Positions 27,905-34,760 of a DNA stretch of 64,000 bases are shown one piece after another. The position numbers and the translations under genes are program-made. The stretch's first letter is position 1, and the number at the start of each line of letters is the position of its first letter. The DNA comes from a virus (Duplodnaviria; Heunggongvirae; Uroviricota; Caudoviricetes): the IMG/VR virus record IMGVR_UViG_2721755756_000002; one strand, 5' to 3'. The notes beneath the pieces are model-generated. The model was not told the origin of the DNA, searched no databases, and worked only from the letters and a program-made list of their open reading frames with translations.

Positions 27905-29111
27905 ATACGGGTATCTGGGATTGATTCTGGCCTGCATTGCGGTTGTGCAGTACAATTATCATTTGAATGAATATGTACTGCTGCTGCTCGTGGTAGTTTC
28001 GATTGCTTTGCTCTGGGAGTTTCTGGATCAGAAAAATCTGAACGTGCATCGCCGGGAGAATATCGAGCTGCAGGAGGAAATCAAATCGACTGCCAAGGAT
28101 GCGCATTTGAAGAATAAACAGCTGCTGACGGTCGTGACCAGTATACCGTTTCCGATGCTGCTGGTCGATCAGTTCGGCAATATCGTCATGCATAACAATG
28201 TCAGTGAGCTGTGTGAGGACGGTCCTGTCGGTGAGCATATGACCTATATGAGCAACGCCTATCTGCATCCTGTGCGGGAGTTTATCAAGGATGCCTTTAT
28301 TCTGGAAAAGCCGATGGATAAAATCATCGATATCAACGGTGTGGAATACCAGTCTATCAGTGTACCGGTGACAGCAAAGAAGAAGTACAGCGGCTGTCTG
28401 GTTCTGTTTCAGGATATTTCAAAAACACTGGAGGGGGAGAAGATGCAGAAGCGTTTTATCGCAGATGCGTCGCATGAATTGAAGACACCGATCGCCGTTA
28501 TCAAGGGCATGGTGGAAATTCTAAACCGCAAGGATTTTGATGATGAGGAAACACGCCGCGAATTTATGGATCAGATTGAACAGGAAATCAACCGTCTGGA
28601 TATTCTGGTGAAGGATTTGCTTCAGCTGTCCCGCCTCAGCCTGTCCACGGTTTTGCTGGAACGAGAGAAAACCGATCTTTGCCTTGTTATTGACAAGGCG
28701 GTGAAGTCACTGGAGAAAAAGGCGGAGAAAAAGGGACTGCGCATCGTGAAGGAATATCAGAATCATGATCTGGTATTCTGTGATCCTTTGAAAATGAGTC
28801 AGGTTGTGTTGAATCTGCTGTCGAATGCCATCAAGTACAGCGATCGAGGCACGATTACCCTAAAAACGAGGGAAGAAGGCTCCTGGTATGTTTTGCAGGT
28901 AAGGGATGAGGGCCATGGTATTGCCGCAGAGGATTTGGAGAAAATTTTTGACCGCTTTTATCGGGTGGATGATGATCGCTCCCGAAGCAGCGGCGGCTCA
29001 GGACTGGGACTTTCCATTGTGAAATCCATTGTCGAGGCTCACCATGGGGAAATAAAGGTAGAGAGTGAATTTGATAAGGGAACGACATTTACGGTCAGAT
29101 TGAAGAACTGA
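27891..29111 (+). CDS. phoR: Sensor histidine kinase, PhoR-like
   Basis: Two TMs, DASHELKTP H-box, NLLSNAIKYS, GGSGLGLSIV. Confidence 0.75.
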   Translation: MKRNKYGYLGLILACIAVVQYNYHLNEYVLLLLVVVSIALLWEFLDQKNLNVHRRENIELQEEIKSTAKDAHLKNKQLLTVVTSIPFPMLLVDQFGNIVMHNNVSELCEDGPVGEHMTYMSNAYLHPVREFIKDAFILEKPMDKIIDINGVEYQSISVPVTAKKKYSGCLVLFQDISKTLEGEKMQKRFIADASHELKTPIAVIKGMVEILNRKDFDDEETRREFMDQIEQEINRLDILVKDLLQLSRLSLSTVLLEREKTDLCLVIDKAVKSLEKKAEKKGLRIVKEYQNHDLVFCDPLKMSQVVLNLLSNAIKYSDRGTITLKTREEGSWYVLQVRDEGHGIAAEDLEKIFDRFYRVDDDRSRSSGGSGLGLSIVKSIVEAHHGEIKVESEFDKGTTFTVRLKN

Positions 29112-29183
29112 TTTTCCAATGCTGATCGTGAATGTCATTTCTTTACTGAAAAAATTTATATAAATTGTATGAATTGTATGAAA

Positions 29184-30935
29184 GCTGAAGTGAAAAGTTA
29201 AATTCCACTTTCAAAAGGCGAATAAAAAATGTGGAACTTTCTTCTACAAAAGTCTATACAGAGCATAAATATAGCGTTAGAAAGGGTTTCAAATAGGTAG
29301 AAGTAAGTAAAAATGTGAAGAAAGTGGTCATTGTGCGAATGATAGATAAAATAAATAAGCGCACTGAAAATAGGCTCCATTATGCCTATGTATAACTAAA
29401 TTCCACTTCCAGTTTATAGTTACACTATAAATAACTGTTCTTCCCGCTGCTCTTATCATTCTTTATATCATCTGTTTGTTACTTATGAGTCAATACGCTT
29501 GGACGAAGTATCACTTCGTCCTTTTCTATTTTCTGTAGACCAAATTCATAAAGTTTCTGCGCTAATTCCGGACACATGAACTCACATAGCTCAAATGGGG
29601 ATTTTCCATTCAAATGTTCCTTGGCACTGGAATTGATATGTGAGATGGCTACATTCAAGGAAGTCTGATCGGTCAGGCCGATACTGCGTAAGTCTACTTC
29701 GTTAGGTAATATATAACGTAATTCACGATGCATATTTTCCAGGCTTCCTTTCTGCCCGGACTGCATAGGGTCGCAATAGAAGACTCGTGTCCTTCTGGTA
29801 CCATCGTCTCTTTTTTCCATATGCTCAGCATCAGTAAATTCACCTCCGCGATCAGTGAGTGTTATATGAGCTTCCTGTTCAAACAGGCTTTTTCCAAGGA
29901 TGGAATCAAGAACAGCTAGTCCGTCAACCATATCTGCAGCAGTCTTCGTGTCGTGATATACAGCAAACAGGAGCCCATATTTGATGAATTTGAAAGTCTG
30001 GATAAACGGTCCATTGGAAATGTCATTATAGACTGTATCCATTTGTAAAATGTGTGTGATTTCCTCAGACTCAACATAGGATTGGTAATCTGTGTAAAGC
30101 CGTCCAACAAGGAATTTACGGTCTTGTCGTTTTTTATAGATCGTCTTCTTCTTAGCGGTCATTTTTCTTTTGACTTTTATACGAAGGTCAATATTAGCAA
30201 TGCCAACACATTCGAATACACCTTGTTCAATATAGTTGTAGAGTGTCTTCTCACTGATTCCAAGTTCGGGATGTGCAGCTATGATCTGATAAGGTGAATG
30301 ACCTTTTAATAGAAGAGGCTTGATGGTATTGCCTAGCTCTACAGCTTCTGATGAGGTCAGATTGATTCCGGTTCGAGACTCAACGAGTTCGCTACGGTAT
30401 TCCTCATAGGCGATCGTAGGTTTATAGAGGTATTTATCAAAGCGGCAGCTTTTCAGTTTCTCACAGCCATTACAAGCTCCCGGAGTACGATCTCTGCGTT
30501 TACAGCGGAACTTAGAATAATCAGGGCAGTTGACAGTACAATTCTTTCTCTTAAACTTACAGTGAGCATAGTTCTCGCATTCTAGAGAAAGTGTAGATTT
30601 ATGAGAGAGATAACGGTGAGCACGGATTTCCTTACCTATCGTAGATTTATCTTTGCCTAGATTATCAGCAATAGCTTTTTTAGAAGAACCATTAACGATG
30701 CCGATCGCGATGACATTGCGATCGTCCTGAGTCAGATGTTTGTTTTTGTTCGTTGCCATATTCATCACCCTTTGTAATGTGTATGATAATAACCAGCGGT
30801 TACCTTCATCATAGATATAAAAAAGGATATATGAAAGACTAAATGCAATTGTAAGTGTAAATTCAACTAGATTGTTGTGTAAGAGTCTTTTCTACTTGGT
30901 TACTTTGAAAGTGGAATTTAACTTTTCACTTCAGC
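29184..30935 (-). mobile_element. IS30-family insertion sequence
   Basis: Perfect ~32-bp terminal IRs GCTGAAGTGAAAAGTTAAATTCCACTTTCAAA; 13-bp flanking direct repeat GAATTGTATGAAA (29171-29183, 30936-30948). Confidence 0.9.
29479..30768 (-). CDS. IS30 transposase
   Basis: N-terminal HLTQDDR HTH, Cys-rich insert, LQMDTV, TDRGGEF, QKGSLENMH DDE motifs. Confidence 0.92.
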   Translation of the reverse strand: MMNMATNKNKHLTQDDRNVIAIGIVNGSSKKAIADNLGKDKSTIGKEIRAHRYLSHKSTLSLECENYAHCKFKRKNCTVNCPDYSKFRCKRRDRTPGACNGCEKLKSCRFDKYLYKPTIAYEEYRSELVESRTGINLTSSEAVELGNTIKPLLLKGHSPYQIIAAHPELGISEKTLYNYIEQGVFECVGIANIDLRIKVKRKMTAKKKTIYKKRQDRKFLVGRLYTDYQSYVESEEITHILQMDTVYNDISNGPFIQTFKFIKYGLLFAVYHDTKTAADMVDGLAVLDSILGKSLFEQEAHITLTDRGGEFTDAEHMEKRDDGTRRTRVFYCDPMQSGQKGSLENMHRELRYILPNEVDLRSIGLTDQTSLNVAISHINSSAKEHLNGKSPFELCEFMCPELAQKLYEFGLQKIEKDEVILRPSVLTHK

Positions 30936-30961
30936 GAATTGTATGAAATGTAAATTTGCTC

Positions 30962-30990
30962 TTGCGTTTGAAAAAGAATAATGCTATAAT
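30962..30990 (+). promoter_or_regulatory. SigA promoter of tRNA-Glu
   Basis: TTGCGT-17-TATAAT. Confidence 0.7.
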
Positions 30991-31008
30991 ATTCAAGCAA
31001 ACAAAGAT

Positions 31009-31083
31009 GTCGCGTTCGGCAAGCGGTCAAGCCACAGCCCTCTCAAGGCTGTATCACGGGTTCGAATCCCGTACGCGATACCA
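31009..31083 (+). tRNA. tRNA-Glu (anticodon CTC), probable integration site of prophage 2
   Basis: Cloverleaf with anticodon arm CAGCC-CTCTCAA-GGCTG, T-arm ACGGG-TTCGAAT-CCCGT and encoded CCA. Confidence 0.95.
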
Positions 31084-31091
31084 TGCTAATT

Positions 31092-31115
31092 AAGCCTTGA
31101 ATAAAGGCTTTTTTT
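31092..31115 (+). terminator. Terminator after tRNA-Glu
   Basis: AAGCCTT-GAATA-AAGGCTT followed by TTTTT. Confidence 0.75.
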
Positions 31116-31144
31116 AATGTTCATTTTATAGTTCACACATGTTG

Positions 31145-31165
31145 TCTCTAGATTTTCTCTAGATT
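31145..31165. repeat. Direct repeat TCTCTAGATT x2, putative integrase arm-type sites
   Basis: Copies at 31145 and 31156 (11-bp period), between the tRNA and the Xis-like gene. Confidence 0.5.
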
Positions 31166-31183
31166 ATAAAATAAAAGCACTGC

Positions 31184-31429
31184 TTAGACAGTGCCGTTTA
31201 TCATTGTATGGTATAGTTCTGAAAGCTCCTTATTCCCATAATATTCAAGAAATTTGTCAAGTCTAACCTTTGTTTTGACCTTTTTATTGTCAATAGGAAG
31301 ATATGTCATAAGCGCTTCTATTCTTAAGCGCCTTGCTTCGACTGTGGAACAACCTGTCAAGGTCTTTATCTCTGACAGCCCTAAATAAGCCTTTTCTTTA
31401 AAAATTTTTCTGATAGCTTCTACATCCAT
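31184..31429 (-). CDS. Excisionase-like small DNA-binding protein
   Basis: 81 aa basic protein, YLGLSEIKTLTGCS wHTH-like; last phage gene before the att region. Confidence 0.5.
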   Translation of the reverse strand: MDVEAIRKIFKEKAYLGLSEIKTLTGCSTVEARRLRIEALMTYLPIDNKKVKTKVRLDKFLEYYGNKELSELYHTMINGTV

Positions 31430-31689
31430 TAAATACTTTCTTCACCTTCCTTTTTGATATTACGTACTTTATACCATTTACAGAATGGTCGTGGAATGTC
31501 AGGGAACGATACTAATCTATCTTTTAACCTGCATTCCTTTAATTCACCTCCGCAATCTAAAATCTTATATCTATAGTGAGCACAAAATTTACATTTTGGA
31601 TGTTTACCTCGATACTCTGTTAACTTGTCTTTTCGCTTTGATGAGACTTTAGATGTTCTGCAGGGACGGCTTGATGTTTTATACTCCAT
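31429..31689 (-). CDS. Small Cys-rich phage protein
   Basis: CKFCAH..C..C..C pattern. Confidence 0.55.
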   Translation of the reverse strand: MEYKTSSRPCRTSKVSSKRKDKLTEYRGKHPKCKFCAHYRYKILDCGGELKECRLKDRLVSFPDIPRPFCKWYKVRNIKKEGEESI

Positions 31690-31692
31690 TCT

Positions 31693-32538
31693 TTATGCTG
31701 CCTCAATTTGTATACCATACATCTCTTCACATAAAGCTTTAACATCATTTTCGTACAACTTACATGCTATCTCATATAATTCAGGGATTTTATTCATGAC
31801 TTTGTCAATGTAATCAATCTTGTTTCTTACTTTTGGCTTGTTTTCACGATTGTATTTATCAACTCGTAATTTTAGATTGATGTGATATTTCATTTCGAAC
31901 TGTTTGTATAGTTCTGCATACCTTTCTCTGTAATCAGCTCCTTTGAATCTAACAACACGATTAAGGACTTGACGTTTTTCTGCAGTATCAATGTTATCTA
32001 CAAGGCCGATGATTACATCTTCTTTATGTTCGACTTCTTTTTCAAGTTGTTTATTCTGTAATAGCAACTTTTCGTTCTCTTCTATTTGATCAGCATAGAG
32101 CCTTAGTGCCTGAGAAAATGTCTGAGGAAGGTTGAAACTATCCTTAACCTTAAAATAAGTTTCTTCCAGATTATCGAACTGTTCCCATGCCTTATCGGTA
32201 TCCAGAATTTTGCAGTGACGGTCTGCACCCTTTTCTGTCCAGAGCATCAACTCTTTAGCATGTTTTAACTGCGTATCATTTAGATACTCTGTTTTAAACT
32301 TTCTTAATTCATTACCGATAAGTTTATAATAATGTTTTCCTTCGATGAATCTTTCTTTGTTTCTGCTAAATGATTGGCGGATTCTTTCTTCGCCACATTC
32401 ATATACCTGTGCTAGTTGCTGTGTAGTTAAAACTCTTTGATTTGAATATTCGATAACAGCTAATTCTTTTCTTTCTGTTTTCCCAAATCCTAATGATACG
32501 GGGTTATCATAATTATTTCCATTCATTTGTAATTCCAT
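31693..32538 (-). CDS. ORF6N-domain antirepressor-like protein
   Basis: QRVLTTQQLAQVYE..FIEGKHYYKL..LMLWTEKGADRHCKILDTDKAW is the ORF6N signature. Confidence 0.85.
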   Translation of the reverse strand: MELQMNGNNYDNPVSLGFGKTERKELAVIEYSNQRVLTTQQLAQVYECGEERIRQSFSRNKERFIEGKHYYKLIGNELRKFKTEYLNDTQLKHAKELMLWTEKGADRHCKILDTDKAWEQFDNLEETYFKVKDSFNLPQTFSQALRLYADQIEENEKLLLQNKQLEKEVEHKEDVIIGLVDNIDTAEKRQVLNRVVRFKGADYRERYAELYKQFEMKYHINLKLRVDKYNRENKPKVRNKIDYIDKVMNKIPELYEIACKLYENDVKALCEEMYGIQIEAA

Positions 32539-32555
32539 ATATTCATCCTTCCCAT

Positions 32556-32606
32556 AAAATAAAAGGCTTGTCTAGTGGTTTTGCCTTCGTCCACATCTGA
32601 CAAGCC
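32556..32606 (-). promoter_or_regulatory. Terminator/attenuator-like hairpin in antirepressor leader
   Basis: GGCTTGTC..GTGG/CCAC..GACAAGCC followed by TTTTATTTT just before the RBS. Confidence 0.55.
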
Positions 32607-32755
32607 AGTGATAGCCTTACCACCTACTACTATCTCTACCCATTGCGTTACTGATTGAATGTACTTGAGCAAATAATCAACATAAACGTGCCATTTTCTA
32701 GGCTTCTTTTTTTTTATTGAATATTCAATCAGATTAGGATACCCACTTTTTGTTT

Positions 32756-32852
32756 TGTAGACAGGCAGGATCGAACTGCCGACAGTTTACAGGTATTACA
32801 GCTGATAAACCTGTAAGTGTCTCACCCTATGCGCAAGTTTGTGATTACTACA
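32756..32852 (-). ncRNA. tRNA-like element B (extended arms)
   Basis: Acceptor-like TGTAG/CTACA; canonical T-arm GGCAG-TTCGATC-CTGCC; long arm TTACAGGT/ACCTGTAA; no encoded CCA. Confidence 0.55.
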
Positions 32853-32856
32853 TATT

Positions 32857-32922
32857 TGGTGACTCCAAGTGGAATCTAACCACTATATCTCACAACCGAA
32901 TGGTCAGTTCAAGAAGGAGTCA
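32857..32922 (-). ncRNA. tRNA-like element A (66-nt mini-tRNA)
   Basis: TGACTCC/GGAGTCA acceptor followed by CCA; T-arm AGTGG-TTAGATT-CCACT; only ~30 nt in place of D and anticodon arms. Confidence 0.6.
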
Positions 32923-33370
32923 TATGTGCAGCACATCTACTTCTGTATCCCAGATAGCGGGCAGTTTTGACGTGCTGCTGATGGCTTTACCACCTGCCAA
33001 AGAGGGGAAGTGTTCAGCATACACTCCGGTGGAACGGTCTTCAGCCTGCCGCCACGGCCGCAGATAAGTCCCGTAGGATTCCTTATCGCTGTTACCAAAC
33101 AAACATACACAGCTTCCATGACTGTGTACTTGGGCGTTGTGGATCAATGGAATGTATTTATCTCCGACAACATGACCTCCGGAAGATTTCCAGACACCAA
33201 GCTAAGCCATATACAAGGCTGAGTGGGACACTTCGACGAGAGGTGTTCAGTCTAAAGTCATAGGGGCGAACCCTCTATATTTGTAACATCTGTCTTAACC
33301 AGTCACGCCACGGGGAGGCTGTTACATGTGACCATATGTACATTACATGGGATGTACAGTCATGAAAAGA
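32923..33370 (-). ncRNA. ROOL-like large structured ncRNA (ends approximate)
   Basis: ORF-poor, stem-rich block directly downstream of a phage tRNA. Motifs GGCTTAGCTTGGTGTCT..TTCCGGA..ATGTT, TCTTTGGC and GTCAAAACTGC match my recollection of ROOL conserved segments; not verified by search. Confidence 0.65.
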
Positions 33371-33418
33371 GAGGGGAATGGTATTCATTGATTGCCATGT
33401 CAATCGGAAATATCTTAT

Positions 33419-33494
33419 TGGCTGGACGAACTGGGATCGAACCAGTGGAATGCCAGATTCAAAGTCTGGTGCCTTACCGCTTGGCTACCGTCCA
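33419..33494 (-). tRNA. Phage tRNA-Gln (anticodon TTG)
   Basis: TGGACGG/TCGTCCA acceptor, CAGA-CTTTGAA-TCTG anticodon arm, CTGG-TTCGATC-CCAG T-arm, encoded CCA. Confidence 0.93.
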
Positions 33495-33555
33495 ATTTGT
33501 TGTGGAGTTTTGTGGTACCTCCTCCACAGCTGTTTAAATACGATATACGCCTCCA

Positions 33556-33635
33556 ATTAGCCTGTTATAAGGGGCTTAGTGTGCTGTATGGATAAATACA
33601 ACACATCAAGGTAAATCTTTCTCAAACAGGCTAAT
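33556..33635 (-). ncRNA. Structured element upstream of tRNA-Gln (candidate)
   Basis: 11-bp closing stem ATTAGCCTGTT/AACAGGCTAAT enclosing TGTGTTGTAT/ATACAGCACA; the G-U pair favours the minus strand. Confidence 0.4.
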
Positions 33636-33645
33636 AAAAGGTGAA

Positions 33646-33831
33646 TCACATTAAGTCTTTCAAAGTGCTAAGAGGACAGTTACCTCGTCCGAAATCCTTG
33701 TCCACATAAGCCATTCTGTCATGACGGCATCCCGTGAAAGGTATTTGCCCTTTCTTAACAGGCATACAATCCTTAGAATCGTATGGACGTCTAATGCTTT
33801 TGTCTGTGTGAATCATGTTTGTTTTCTCCAT
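33646..33831 (-). CDS. Small hypothetical protein (61 aa)
   Basis: RBS AAGGAGG before ATG 33831; downstream of the promoter at 33932-33960. Confidence 0.5.
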   Translation of the reverse strand: MEKTNMIHTDKSIRRPYDSKDCMPVKKGQIPFTGCRHDRMAYVDKDFGRGNCPLSTLKDLM

Positions 33832-33931
33832 AATATATCCTCCTTCGTCTACATTTTCCGTAAAAATGGAACGTGATTTTTTACCCCTCAACATTTGTGA
33901 GTTGAGGGGAGGTGTTCCTTTATTTGTCTAC

Positions 33932-33960
33932 ATTTTACACAATTCTGGGGTGTGTGTCAA
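33932..33960 (-). promoter_or_regulatory. SigA-type promoter probably driving the tRNA/ROOL cluster
   Basis: TTGACA-17-TAAAAT on the minus strand. Confidence 0.7.
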
Positions 33961-33985
33961 CACAAAACTAAAACTTTTTTTCTTA

Positions 33986-34297
33986 TCACCAAATAACTCC
34001 ATAGATTTCCTTGATGTTTGCTTCTTTTTCATTTAATTCATGAATATCTATCAGACCATTGTCATATTGATTCCACGCCATTCGTAATTCATAATTCATA
34101 CATTCATCGTCTATCAAATCTTTTTCACTTGCATAATTGTACTTCTTACATATTTGCATATAGTGCTGTCTACGTGCTTTCCATATTTTTGCTTTATACA
34201 TTATGTCGGTCTGCCATAATCTTTTATTGTATGGGTAACGCATCTTTTGCATGAAGACTTCAAAAGATAGAAACTTTTGCTCTAGCATGTATATCAC
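33986..34297 (-). CDS. Hypothetical protein
   Basis: 103 aa ORF, RBS GAGGTGA. Confidence 0.55.
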   Translation of the reverse strand: MIYMLEQKFLSFEVFMQKMRYPYNKRLWQTDIMYKAKIWKARRQHYMQICKKYNYASEKDLIDDECMNYELRMAWNQYDNGLIDIHELNEKEANIKEIYGVIW

Positions 34298-34345
34298 CTC
34301 ATAGATATTCTATACTGTATTGTTACAAGAATACTGTCACAATAT

Positions 34346-34431
34346 AAAAAAATCCCACCAAAGGTGGGAAGTGACAGCTAGGAAGAAGATATGATACGGA
34401 TTTGGGTGTTAAGTAAGATATCTTTGCTGCC
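34346..34431 (-). ncRNA. Shared prophage sRNA, copy 2
   Basis: Homologous to 23639-23728; different terminator (TCCCACC/GGTGGGA followed by T7). Confidence 0.7.
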
Positions 34432-34466
34432 ATAAACATTATTGCACAAAATTCAATGAGGTGGGG

Positions 34467-34492
34467 AATAAATCATCAAATACGGGATTTTT
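34467..34492 (-). promoter_or_regulatory. 26-bp box upstream of shared sRNA, copy 2
   Basis: Identical to 23578-23603, with the same 18-nt spacing to TGTGnnATAAT. Confidence 0.7.
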
Positions 34493-34505
34493 CTTGAATA
34501 AATAT

Positions 34506-34676
34506 AAAAAAAGGAACGACCGTCCTTTTTCTAAAATCCATTATGATAATTTGTTCTTTTGATCCACTAGTTCCAAAGAGCTAGTCTGCTTCTACCAACG
34601 GCGATATGTAGACTTGTATATTTTAGATCTACAGAACCTCAATAGAGGTTACTGACACTGGATACGCTTATCCTAT
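34506..34676 (-). ncRNA. ~170-nt multi-hairpin ncRNA (candidate)
   Basis: TTGCAT-17-TATAAT promoter (34711-34683); hairpins GGATA/TATCC, AACCTC/GAGGTT, TGTAGA/TCTACA, CTAG/CTAG; terminator AAAAAGGA/TCCTTTTT. Confidence 0.6.
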
Positions 34677-34716
34677 GTACACATTATATATCAACGGAGA
34701 AAAATATGCAATACAC

Positions 34717-34754
34717 AAAAAAAAGACCTTTACTCGAATAAAAGAATGAAGGTC
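34717..34754 (-). terminator. Terminator after endolysin
   Basis: GACCTT..AAGGTC followed by a long T-run. Confidence 0.7.
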
Positions 34755-34760
34755 GTGTCA

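Noticed and set aside
33419-33494. TAG-to-Gln recoding in prophage 2
   Set aside because: The anticodon is TTG, not CTA; long genes are intact in the standard code; the in-frame gaps in the 36.8-37.6 kb cassette include TGA stops.
32750-33595. ORF-track proteins of 60-105 aa in this interval
   Set aside because: They lack RBSs, overlap tRNA and structured RNA on several frames, and have no recognisable motifs.
33360-33640. Theta, twister, pistol or hammerhead ribozyme flanking the phage tRNA
   Set aside because: Conserved catalytic cores were not found by eye; only generic stems.
34391-34435. Antisense peptide MIRIWVLSKISLLP (and MIRTWGESK.. in copy 1) as a type I toxin
   Set aside because: It has an apparent RBS, but the two peptides differ in length (14 vs 22 aa), are not hydrophobic helices, and lack a clear promoter. 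Promoter and terminator point to the other strand. Not fully excluded.
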